The notes below the pieces were generated by a model. The model was not told the DNA's origin. It made no database searches and saw only the letters and a program-made list of their open reading frames with translations. A stretch of DNA of 64,000 bases from the NCBI GenBank assembly GCA_963741205.1, contig CAVUHW010000026.1:1-64000 (forward strand), given 5' to 3'. The DNA comes from Nitrospirota bacterium (lineage in GTDB: Bacteria; Nitrospirota; UBA9217). A program made the translations under genes and the position numbers. This document shows, piece by piece, positions 45,801 through 56,295 of this stretch (its first letter is position 1; every line of letters begins with the position of its first letter).

Positions 45801-48800
45801 GGGAGAGCATCGACACGCGTCCATCTCACGGGAACGCTCAAGCTCATCCCCCTTGCCGCATGCAGCGCCATCCTCATCATCGCGCGGGAGAGAGGGCACC
45901 TCGTCCCGCTCTCCTCCGCGGGCATCACGGTCACCCCCACTCCCGCGATCGGATTCCGGGCCGCGGGACTTGCCGATGTTGCGCTCAACTGCACCGTAAA
46001 GAAATACGCTATCATCGTTCCGGAAAAATCAGCGGATCCCGACGCAGCATCATACCTCGCCATCGCCCTGGGGGCAGGCGATTATCTTTGCAAGAGGATC
46101 AAGGAGCATGCACTGGGCCGGGTCCAGTTCCCGGGTCAGATGCTCGACACGGAAGGACGTGACGGCATCGCGAAGCTCGGCGCGGTCAAGGCCATGATCG
46201 CCAGGACCGAGGCCTGGCGCCTCCTCCTGGAAACGCTGTACGACACTATCATCATATCCTCTCCCCTCGGGGGAGAGGACAGAGGTGAGGGGGGTTCGCC
46301 GCATTCCGCACTCCGAAAGGAGCCCGCCCTCGAAGGCTTTTATCGGGGGCAATCCGAAATCCACCTTGATCTTCTCTGCTCCACCCTCGCCGCCCTTGCT
46401 TACAGCCCCGAGCCCGGCAGCATGGGTTACGACGCGGGACAGGTCTTCGGAGGTTTTGCCTATTCCGAGGATGACCTCTTGTCTCGTTTCTACCGCGACA
46501 GCGCGCTCTTTCGGTTTCTCGCCCCCGGATACGGGGCCGCTGAAAAACTGAACGCCTCGCTCGTTACCGGCATTCCGCAATCCGCATTTCGAGACGAGCC
46601 CCTGAATAAACTTGCCCGAAAGCTTGCGGAACTCGACAAAAAAAACGCCTCCCTGCCGGAGAATGCGGACCCCGGGCTTGCCGGACAGGCGAAGGCTCTG
46701 GTCGTCGGCATACAGCTCGTGCTTGCGAAGACGGAGGACGGGCTCGCTTCCGGTGAAAGCATGGAGGCCGAGGCAGCGGCTGCGGAAGTGCTGATCGGGC
46801 TTGCAACGGATGCATTAAACAAAGCGGCGTTGTCCTCCGGATGGGGGATGGTGCAGCCGGCCGCATTCCTTCCCGTGGAACCGGTTGGCAAGGCGGTCGC
46901 GCTTGACCCGGATTACGAGTCCTTCTGTACGGCAGCCGGGACACCGCACAAATCGGGCGGTTTTTTCTTCACGACCTTCGACCGCTCACCCCGCTTCGTT
47001 CCCGAGATACAATTGCACGATCCGCGCCTGCGCGCCCGCTGGACGGAACTCGCCGGCTGGTTCAAGAAGAACTGCCGGGACCGGAAATACGACGGGCTCT
47101 TCATCGAACGGTATATCGAAAAAATCCACGGACTTCCCCCGGAGGTAATCGAAGCAATCAAAGAGCGCGGCTGGCTCGCCACCTATATCCCGAAATCGGA
47201 GGACGGCCTCGGCTGGCGCAAGGCCGAGTACTACATCCTGAATGCCGTGGCCGGGAGCTTCGGCGACGCGGGCATCAACCTGCTCATCATGGCGAACACG
47301 AGCATCGGCACCACTCCCATCCTCCTCGGGCTCGAGGAAGAACTTCCGCGCGTACGCGAGGAGCTCGCTCCCCTGGCGCAGGACTCGAACAAGCTTGGAG
47401 AGATAGGCGCAAGGCTGACGAAGCTCATCGCGTCCTTTCAAAACCCCAACCCCTCGTGGATCAAGAAAGAGTACGAGGCGGTGATGAAGCTCGTTGACGA
47501 GCGCATCCGCCATACACGCGTGGTCAAGTACCTTGCCGCCAATTTCCTGCGCGCTTTCTACGGCGCAGGCATTGCCGGACGTCGCGGGGACTTCGGCGGA
47601 TTCATGACGAACCTCAGGCGGGCCGCGGAATTGTTCGGACACGTCATGCCCGATGTGCGCGCAGCGCTTGAGGAACTCCCCCGGCGGGAGCGCTGCCACC
47701 GCCTTTTCCTCCGGTACCTCGGTCACGGCGCGGTGAGCGCCTTCGCCCTGACCGAACCGACGGCAGGCTCTGATTCCGGAGGCGTCAAGACCACGGCCAA
47801 ACTCAGGATCGTCAAGCTTACCCCCCTCGAGGACGGCAGATACGCCTTCCGGCTCGATGAAAGGGACGAAACAAGCGTCCGCTACCTGATCGACGCGGAC
47901 AGGATCATGTTCCTCGAACACGGCATCGCGTATCGGACTCCGGATGGCGAGTCTGCCCCGATCCGGTATGACCGCTATGACTACGCCACGGACCTGGGCA
48001 TCCGCGCTTACCGCTATCAAGACAAGGACTGCGAGTTCCACGACATCGGCCAGGTGCGTTCGTCCGACGCTGGTCCGGTGTATGAATTCTTCAGCCTCAC
48101 GGGCGCAAAGATGTGGATCACGAACGGCAGCATCTCGACCCAGCTCTGCCTCTACGCGCAGACGACGGAGGGGGTCACGGGCTTTATGGTGGACCGGCAT
48201 GCGGAAGGCCTCAAGGTCGGCGCGGACGAGAAGAAGATGGGGCAGCGGGGTTCGCCCACGAACGAGATATCCATCGACAGCGTGCGAGTGCCGCGCGAGG
48301 CCGTGATCGGGTACGAAGGTCATGGCCAGGTGAACGCACTCGAGACGCTGAACGTGGGACGCTGCGGCCTTGCGGTCGTTTCAACCTCGCTCATGCACAA
48401 GCTTCTGGAAGAGGCGACGCTCCTGGCGCCCCCGTCTCGCGAGCGGGACCGCCTCCTTGGCGAAGCCGCAGCGGTGCTCTTCGGGAGCGAGTCCCTCGCC
48501 TTCTACCTGATCGGCCTGTTCGACCGGCCCCATGAGTCGGTCCGCATGGAATCGGCCGTCGCGAAGTACGCCTGCTCCGAGGACATCCACGAACTGATCT
48601 CGCTCGTGGAGCGCGCCTTCGGCCCTGCCGGACAGACCGAAAAATTCCTCCTTGAGAAGGCGCGGCGCGACGCACGCATCCTCACGATCTACGAAGGCAC
48701 GAATGAAGTACAGCGATTTTTGATCCTGAAGGACCTTATCGCCCAGGCAGCGGTCTGGCCCGAGCTTGCGGCAAACCCGGATGACGCGAGGGCCGCAACG

Positions 48801-50962
48801 CTTGCTTCATGGAAGAACCGCCTGAGAACGTTTGTCAGGAATGCGGCGGACCTGCTCGGCGACACAGCCTGGTCCGATGCCATGCTCCAGCCGGCGTTCT
48901 TTCCGCTCGCGGAGATGGCCGCGGAGACGCTGCGGCTCGAGTGCATTTACTATCGAATTGAATGGCTCGATGCGCGAAAGGAGCTTCTGGCGCAGTCCGG
49001 ATTGGAATATGAGCCCCTTATCAAGGACGCCGGCAAAAGGGCCGCGGAGAGGACCGTGTCGCGCCTCGAAGGGCTCCTCGCAAAATATGAGCCTCTGTGG
49101 GAAGAAGTGCGCATAAACCATGATCCGGCAGAGGTGCGCGCAGCCGATGCGGCGCTCGACCGGGCTGCTGTACCGGCGAGCGCGCTTCCCGGGCGGATGA
49201 CGCCGCTTCTGGCCCCGTTCCGGGTGCTCGCCATCCTCCGTCCCGTTGCCGATCTTGCGCCCTCTCCCCGACCTGACCGACGGTTCGATTGCCGAGCTCG
49301 TGTGGACCGGCGATCCCCTCGATTGCTCCGGCCTTTTCCAAGCCCTGACGCTCAAGGAGCAAAGCCTTGCGAAGGTCGACGTAGACGTGCTTTTTGTCGG
49401 CGGACCCGAGCACGAAAGTGTCCTTCGCTCGTCCGCCGCCGGGGCGGACAGATTCATGCGATTGGACCACGGCCACGGCTCACCCGCGGCGCTTGCAGAC
49501 GCAGTGCGAACGCTGGAGTTTTCTGGCGCCTATGACCTCATTACGATCGGGTCCCTGTGCCGCGACGGAGAACAGGGCATCGGCGCATACCTTGCCGGCG
49601 CTCTCGGAAGGACGCACTTTCGGAAGGCCCGGCTCCTGATTCGGCAGGACGGACTGGGGCTGGAGCATATAACGCCGCCGGCTGTCGTCGAAACTACGGG
49701 AGCGACTTCTGCCCGCGAGGCGCATATCGCGAAGATCGTTGAAGCGGCGTCAGCCCGCGTCACAACGCTCCATTCCTCCGACCATGCGGCCGCTACCCTG
49801 CTGCCGAGGTTCGAACGTCCTGCCGGAGCCGCGACCTCGACAAAGACGATGACAACGGTGTCCGACATTGCGGATTATCTCAAGACTTATGCCGCCAGGG
49901 CCCGTTCAGCCCAGGCGGAGGAATACCGGGGAAGCGTCATCCCGGCAGGTCCAGCCCATGGGAATGCAGTCTGGGCGGCCCTCGACCCGCGGGAAATGAA
50001 AGCAAACGCCGCGATCCTTTCCGCAGGCAGACAGCTTGCAGACCTGTTCGAAATGCCCGTAAACGCGGTCATACCCGCGCCGCGTGCCCTTTGGCCGCAG
50101 CTGGCGGGCCTGGCGCGATCGAACGGCGCGAACTGCGCCTACTGTCTCGACACCGGCGCCGGGATGCTCTCCATCGAAGGGAAGCGGGAACTTTTGCGCA
50201 TTCTCTCGAAAACTGCGGAACGGCCCCTGGTCCTCGGCGGCTCATACTGGATTGATGCCTTCGGGCTTGTTGCCGGCGAACTTGCTGCCCGCCGGAGAAA
50301 CGCGCGCGTAATCGGAAATGTCGGAGCGATTTCGTCACAAGACCGCGGGGCTGCGCTGCTTTCGATTCCCGCCTACGACGGCAGGCTCATTCGGAAGGAA
50401 CGACTGGAGCAGGGCGCGGCGTTCCTGACAATCTCGCAGGACGCAGGAGTCAGGGCGGAGAAAATCCAAAGCGACTTTTCCGCTTTCGCACTCGAGTATT
50501 CGCTCAGCGAGACGTGGCTCATGCCCCTTCCGGCCGAAGCCGGACCGACCCTCACCCAGGCCGACGTGATCATCACCCTGGGCTACGGGATCAGGGACCG
50601 CGCTGGTCTGGAACTGGCGCAGGAACTCAAGAAGAAGCTGGAGGCCCTGGGACTCACCCCCCTGTTCGGCGCCACGCGCAAGGTGACTCAGGATTTAAAA
50701 CTCCTGCCGCTCGAGGCGCAGATAGGCCAGACCGGCGTCCGCGTAAACCCCGGTCTCATCATCGCCCTCGGCATCTCCGGCGCACCGCAGCACATAGACT
50801 ATGTTGGCACACGGGCCGAGATCCTCTGCTTCAACAAGGACCCCGACGCGCCCTTGATGAAGCTGAACCAGACTCGTCCCTCGCCGCGGGTCCATCCCAT
50901 CTCCGGGGACCTCTTCGTTACGGTGAGGAGAATTGATCGATAAACTAGGGCAACCACGTTAG
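42893..50962 (+). CDS. Putative single ~2700-aa fusion: FixC/ETF-QO flavoprotein + 4Fe-4S + degenerate ACAD + ACAD + EtfB + EtfA (about 8-10 frameshifts)
   Basis: IIGAGPAG; CPARVY...NCIKCESC; RVQFPG and QVFGGFAY; FALTEPTAGSD, GAKMWITNG, KKMGQRGS, IYEGTNEVQR; RVLAILRPVAD...DPLD; GATRKV, QIGQTG, GISGAPQH; fragments overlap in shifted frames without internal RBS/ATG. Confidence 0.7.
45011..45090. repeat. REP-like palindrome pair inside coding linker
   Basis: cccccccg-tcaa-gggaggggg and ttccc-tggt-gggagag..ggggagaggg, same family as 19918-20001. Confidence 0.6.
45435..45520. repeat. Nested palindromes inside coding sequence
   Basis: ccccctt-cgcga-aaggggg and gccct-gagcgtagccga-agggc within cccc...gggg. 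Confidence 0.6.
46257..46361. repeat. Compound repeat insertion, in frame within ACAD-like domain
   Basis: tcctctcccc-tcg-ggggagagga + ccgcattccgcactccg + ccctcga..tcggggg + caatccgaaatc. Confidence 0.75.
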
Positions 50963-51004
50963 ACAAGACAACTCATCTTGCGCAATAAGAATTGGAGACG
51001 GGAC

Positions 51005-51688
51005 ATGATCCGTGCTAAAGTTATTTCCTTCATCGCCTGGGCCATGATTTCTCTTTGGGGCAGGACGGCGCGCATCCTTTTCGAGAATCGGGAAATAGCG
51101 GGCCGGCTGAAGGCGGAGGGGAAAAGCTTTATCTTTGCCTTCTGGCACGGCGACCTGTTCCTGCTCACGTACTCCCACCGGGGGTCAGACGTCGTCATTC
51201 CGGCAAGCGAAAGCAGAGACGGCGAGATCATGGCAAGGCTCTTGAAACGCTTCGGCTACCATGTGGTGCGCGGATCGAGCAAGCGCAAAGGGGCCAGGGC
51301 CGCTATCGGCCTTATCGAAGGACTGCGCAGCGGGAGACATCCCGCCATAGCCGTAGACGGTCCGCGAGGTCCCCGGCATGAAGTGAAGGAGGGTGTCGTA
51401 TATCTTGCCGGCAAGCTGAAGGCGCCTATCATTCCCGTTGCAGCGAGGGCAAAACGTTATTGGGTTTTGGAAAAAACCTGGGATAAACTCATGATCCCCG
51501 CCCCTATGACGGACGCCCTGATATTATACGGCGAGCCGGTTATCGTCAACGGCACTTCCGAAGAGGAGATCGAGTCAAAGCGCAAGGAGTTGGAAAGGGT
51601 CATGCTCGGGCTCACGCAAGAAGCGCAAACGCGTGCAGAGGCAAAGGCCTCGCCTTCATGGTGGTCTCGCTGGAGCAGAGTGGGTTGA
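51005..51688 (+). CDS. Lysophospholipid acyltransferase family protein (DUF374)
   Basis: FAFWHG, SESRDGE, VRGSS, VDGPRGP, WDKLMIPAP. Confidence 0.88.
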   Translation: MIRAKVISFIAWAMISLWGRTARILFENREIAGRLKAEGKSFIFAFWHGDLFLLTYSHRGSDVVIPASESRDGEIMARLLKRFGYHVVRGSSKRKGARAAIGLIEGLRSGRHPAIAVDGPRGPRHEVKEGVVYLAGKLKAPIIPVAARAKRYWVLEKTWDKLMIPAPMTDALILYGEPVIVNGTSEEEIESKRKELERVMLGLTQEAQTRAEAKASPSWWSRWSRVG

Positions 51689-51732
51689 TTAAAAGGAAAC
51701 CGATAGCACGGGACTTTTTGCTTTGTGCGACA

Positions 51733-52761
51733 TTATTTTTTCGTCAGGAGAAATTCGAATACGTAGAGGATCAGGAGCACGAACCATCCGCCGAGGATGA
51801 TGAATTCGAGCGTCGCGCGGTAGGAAACGCTGAAGTTTTCCGTCGCCATGGTGTAGATGTCTTCAAGTGTGTCGAGTTTTTCCTTGATTTCGGCCTTCCA
51901 GTTGTCCAGGTGAAATTTCTTCGAAATGAGGGAGTAGAGCTTTGCGGAATACCAGTCGCCTATCAGCTTGATGTTCCGCTCCACAGCCTCCGACTCCAGG
52001 ATCGACAGCGTCCGGATCTCGATGATTTCCTTCACGACCTTCCTGACTTCTCCGGAGCTGATGATGGGAAGCCGTTTCGAAACGCCCATGAGACGCAGGG
52101 TCTTTTCGAGCCGTTCGTCGAGATCGTAGTCGAGTATGCGGGATTTCAGAAGCTGGAGGTTGGCGATCTCGAAAAGCTCGATATTGCTCTCGAAGTCTCC
52201 CGAGGAATCGAAAATGAACGCGCCGTCCCAGTCCACGATCGTGATGTCGTCCTTGCCGTATTTCAGATAGGTGGAAAGCGTGGCCTGCACCTCTTCCTCG
52301 TCGAGAGCGATTTTTTCGTTCTTGAGAAACGCGGCAATCTTGTCCCCGTGCAGGGTAAGGTAGACTTCCGGGTCTCCGCTGTAGCCCGATATGCAATAGA
52401 CGCTGTACTCCTCGTCGAACTGAGGGTCGCAGCCGAACTCACCCAGGATTTTCCTGCATTCCCCGATAAGCGAGCGTTTGAACTCCAGCGTGGTGTCCGC
52501 CAGGATGTCGTCCATGTCGAGCGAGGCCTCGACGACCACCACGTCCGGTAAATACGCCTTGACCACGAAACCTACCTCGACGTCCTCGACCTCGTGATTT
52601 TCGACCTTGATGATTTTCTGTTTGGGGATGACGTCCGGGTAACTCGGGGCGCTTTTGACGGCCTTGAACTCCACGACATTGGAGGTCTCGAGGTTCATTC
52701 CGGTCTCACCGAAGAGAAACACGACGAGTCTGCCGGGCATCGGTTTTATTTCCGGGTCCAA
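51733..52761 (-). CDS. Conserved hypothetical protein with C-terminal TM helix (RMD1/DUF155- or CorA-like architecture)
   Basis: Acidic soluble domain, ITIVDWDGAFI, EIANLQLL, IGDWYSAKLY, LEFIIL TM tail; start may be 52740. Confidence 0.7.
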   Translation of the reverse strand: MDPEIKPMPGRLVVFLFGETGMNLETSNVVEFKAVKSAPSYPDVIPKQKIIKVENHEVEDVEVGFVVKAYLPDVVVVEASLDMDDILADTTLEFKRSLIGECRKILGEFGCDPQFDEEYSVYCISGYSGDPEVYLTLHGDKIAAFLKNEKIALDEEEVQATLSTYLKYGKDDITIVDWDGAFIFDSSGDFESNIELFEIANLQLLKSRILDYDLDERLEKTLRLMGVSKRLPIISSGEVRKVVKEIIEIRTLSILESEAVERNIKLIGDWYSAKLYSLISKKFHLDNWKAEIKEKLDTLEDIYTMATENFSVSYRATLEFIILGGWFVLLILYVFEFLLTKK

Positions 52762-52807
52762 ATCAGTTCACCTTCCAGAGACTTTGATACATTGGTAAAC
52801 GAGATAT

Positions 52808-53320
52808 TCATTCTTCCGGCACTTCCGGCTCATAGGGAAACTCATCGGCGGTCAGGGCCTGAAATCCGAAAACGGCCAGGGAGACAAGCCCCCATGCCAG
52901 ACCCACGACCACCCCGCCGTCGATGATACCGCGCCAGGGTTGCGCAAGGAGCCGCACCAGGATGACCAGCACGATGATTCCCGCGGTCACGGAAAGGGAC
53001 GTGATCTGCCGACGCCGCGGCGCATGAAAATATGCCATGCAGAACAAGGGGGCAAGAAGCATGTGGAGCATATTGCGATGAGTCAGGAGGTACCGCGCCC
53101 GGGCGGCAACGCGCGGAGAAAACGCCTTCTGAAACGCCCGGTATCCTTCTGCATAGGCCATGAAAAAGACCACAACAACGAAGCCAGTCCAGTGGAGCCA
53201 GTGCCATTGATAGGAAAAGGCATCGAGCGCCAGCGGCGTCAGCCGGAAAACAGCGCTGCCCAGCAGGAGGATGACCCCTGCCAGTCCCCAGTATGCCCCG
53301 CATTTTCCTGTCACCTGCAT
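52808..53320 (-). CDS. Hypothetical membrane protein (~4 TM)
   Basis: GGAGGA RBS; FMAYAEGYRAFQKAFSPRV, PWRGIIDGGVV. Confidence 0.75.
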   Translation of the reverse strand: MQVTGKCGAYWGLAGVILLLGSAVFRLTPLALDAFSYQWHWLHWTGFVVVVFFMAYAEGYRAFQKAFSPRVAARARYLLTHRNMLHMLLAPLFCMAYFHAPRRRQITSLSVTAGIIVLVILVRLLAQPWRGIIDGGVVVGLAWGLVSLAVFGFQALTADEFPYEPEVPEE

Positions 53321-53470
53321 TTCCTCCGTGGAGTGGAATCGCGATGGGAAAATCATATGGTGGTCAGCGTGGGAGAGACAGTAACCGGGTTTGCTGTCGA
53401 TGTGGTGCGCTCCGGACAGCGGTCTGAGAGGCCTTACGATATCTATCGATGAGCCAGCATCATGGCCTTG

Positions 53471-53788
53471 CTATTTATGACATTTGGCGCAGTTCGCTTT
53501 TTCCTTAACGTCAAAAGACTTCCCACCGTTGTGGCATTTCCCGCAGAAAGCGCCTTTCGTAATCTGACTCATGTCCATGGCGTAAGATCCTTTGCTCATC
53601 TGGAACACATGGTAGTGGCACCCCGAACACTTGATGCCTTTGGAGCTCACGTGCTTTTGATGGCTGAAGACCACCGGCGCGGCGTCTTTGGACGAAAAGG
53701 TCAGATCGCCGCCTCCCACTTGATCCGCCCCTGCGCTGAAGGGGATCATAAGACAGAATAAGAACCAGACTACCGCAGCCTTTTCCAT
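53471..53788 (-). CDS. Periplasmic triheme cytochrome c (c7-type)
   Basis: Signal peptide, VVFSHQKH, CSGCH, CGKCH, CAKCH. Confidence 0.92.
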   Translation of the reverse strand: MEKAAVVWFLFCLMIPFSAGADQVGGGDLTFSSKDAAPVVFSHQKHVSSKGIKCSGCHYHVFQMSKGSYAMDMSQITKGAFCGKCHNGGKSFDVKEKANCAKCHK

Positions 53789-53932
53789 GTTCCCTCCCCC
53801 TTTAATCGTCGGTCGACACTAACGTAGTATAGCAGAAATTAACGGGAAACCGTGACACGTCCCTGCGTCCATGATATATTCTTAGCAAATTTCTAGCCCT
53901 GATGGTGTGATCACGATCACAAATACGGGAAG

Positions 53933-54443
53933 CTACCTGCCGATAGCTTTCAGGATTCCCTGAAGCAGGGCCGTGGGTGTCGGGGGGCAACCCGGTATTC
54001 GGGCATCAACGGGGATGACCTTGTCAATGCCCCCGAGCGAGGCATAAGCTTTCGCCGAATATGCCGCCCGTACATCCGCAGTCTCCGACGGCAACCACGA
54101 GTTTCGGCGTCGGAGTGGCGTCGTAGGTCCTCCTGAGCGCGATCTCCATATTATGGGACACCGGCCCGGTGACCAGCAGCATGTCGGCGAACCTCGGTGA
54201 TGCGGTAAAATGGATGCCGAAGCGCTCGCAGTTGTAAATGGGGTTGTTGATGGCGTGGATCTCGAGCTCGCAGGCGTTGCACGAGCCGGCGTCTACCTGG
54301 CGGATCGTGAGGCTTCTCCGGAAGCGGCGCCTGATGACCTCCTCCAGATGCACGCCGATCTTTTCGAGCTCCGGATCGGTGATCGGCGGAAGCGGCTCGG
54401 TGACGATGCCGGTGTGGAAGATCTGTTTAAGGATTCGGATCAT
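53933..54443 (-). CDS. HyfI/NuoB-like Fe-S small subunit (Ehr), copy 2; frameshift ~54045
   Basis: DAGSCNACELE, SPRFAD, VGDCG, IPGCPP in shifted frame. Confidence 0.88.
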
Positions 54444-54481
54444 AAAGCTCCGTGAGAAAAAATAAATTCCAACACCGAACC

Positions 54482-54585
54482 GTCATTCCCGAATGATCTA
54501 TCCACGATTGATTCATTCGAGGACGAATCCATTTTGAATTTAGCATTGGAAAAGGCCAATGGATTCCCGCTTTCGCGGGAATGAC
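54482..54585. repeat. GTCATTCCC...GGGAATGAC palindromic element, copy 2
   Basis: gtcattcccg...tggattcccgctttcgcgggaatgac. Confidence 0.8.
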
Positions 54586-54610
54586 AACCTGAGTCAGATA
54601 CCTTCCTTAT

Positions 54611-56181
54611 TTATAAATCATTCCCCGAATACGACTGATTAAAGCTCTTATTGCATACCGGGAAATCGGGGACGATGTTCCCGTGGATGCACTGCTCCAG
54701 CCCGAGCCAGTTCACGCTCGAGGGGTCCCTCACCATGCAGCGGTTGATCTCCCCGGCGGCCCCGACTGGACCCAGTAGAGGATCTCACCGCGCCAGCCCT
54801 CGACAGCCGCAAATCCGCACCTGTCAGGCAGCGGCGGGCTGACCGGGGCGGTAATTGCTCCGTCCGGCAGGGTTTTCAGGATCTCCCGGATGATCCGTAT
54901 GGAGTCCCTGATCTCTTCCACCCTGACCCATGCCCTGGCATGGACGTCACCGGAGACGAGCACCGGTATGGTCACGCCGATGTGGTCATAGGGAGGGAAT
55001 GGATCGTGGATGCGGCAGTCGAGGTTCAGGCCGCTTGCGCGGGCCACGAAGCCCACCACGCACAGGTCCCTCGCCTTCTCGGAGGTGAGGATGCCGGTGT
55101 CCCTCACCCGGTCCTCGACGGAGGCGTTTTCGTCATAGATGACGACGAGCCTCTCGAATTCCTTCGCCAGCCAGTCCATTTCCGAAAGGATCGCCTGAAC
55201 GCCGCCTGCGTCGATATCAACGGCCGTACCGCCCGGAACGACCTTGTCCATCATGAACCGGTGACCGAAGAGCCTGAGGTTCGTGCGCAGAAGTGCTTCC
55301 TTCAGCCTACTGAACTGATACAGCAGGATGGCGAAGGCCACGTCATTACAGATGGCGCCGAGGTCGCCCAGGTGGTTCGCGATGCGCTCCCGCTCGAGAA
55401 ATAATGCGCGAAGCCACAGGGCGCGGTCGGGCGGCGCGCACCCGGTCATGGCCTCGACTGCGCGCGAATAGGCCAGGCTATGCGCGACCGTCGTGTCGCC
55501 GGACACGCGGCCTGCCAGTCTCGATGCCTCGTCCCAGGAAAAGGACTCGAACCGTTTTTCGATCCCCTTGTGCACGTAGCCCAGTTTTTCTTCCAGATTG
55601 ATGACGTCCTCTCCCACGGCCTGGAAGCGGAAATGTCCGGGCTCGATGATGCCCGCGTGCACGGGGCCGACGGGGATCTCATAGACCCCCTCGCCCTCGG
55701 CCCGGATCCAGCGATATTCGCCGTAGACCCTCGGCATGCGGCTTGAGGCGTCAAAGGACTTTCTCAGCGGCCAGGCATTCTCCGGCCAGTCTTCATGCTT
55801 TATCCAGGGACGCGCGTCGGGATGGCCGGTGGCGGTAACGCCCATGAGACTTTTCATCTGGCGCTCGAACCGGAAGGCAGGAACAAATTTTTTCGTGAGG
55901 CTGGGAAACGTCGGATCGTCAGCGGGAGCGAGTGTCTTTACGATCAGGTATTCCGTCTCCCTCCGGTAACAGGCATAGATCCCGAATCCCCGTTCGAAGG
56001 CGGTCTCATCCGCCGCCCATTCGGCGGCAAGCAGGGCATATTCCTTCTTGAGTGCTTTTGCCGCTTCGGCAAAACGCTCCCGCGGCACGAGAAACATGGC
56101 AACGGAAGAAGGATACTGGCCTTCCACTGCTTTCGCGTCCGGGCCGAATTTTGATAATATGAGCTCTTTTAACTTGGCCAT
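54611..56181 (-). CDS. HyfG/NuoCD-like large subunit lacking NiFe cysteines (Ehr), copy 2; frameshift ~54760
   Basis: VGPVHAGIIEPGHFRF, YVHKGIEK, RVSGDT, VEGWRGE, DFPVCNKSFNQSYSGNDL. Confidence 0.88.
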
Positions 56182-56295
56182 GTCAAACACCCGAGGGACG
56201 ATGGACGAGGGTCGAGAGACGAATAGTCTTTGCGTCCATCGTCCCAGTGAGCGAAACAAGCGGTCGTCCGTCACTCATCAGAAGTAACCTTCCGT

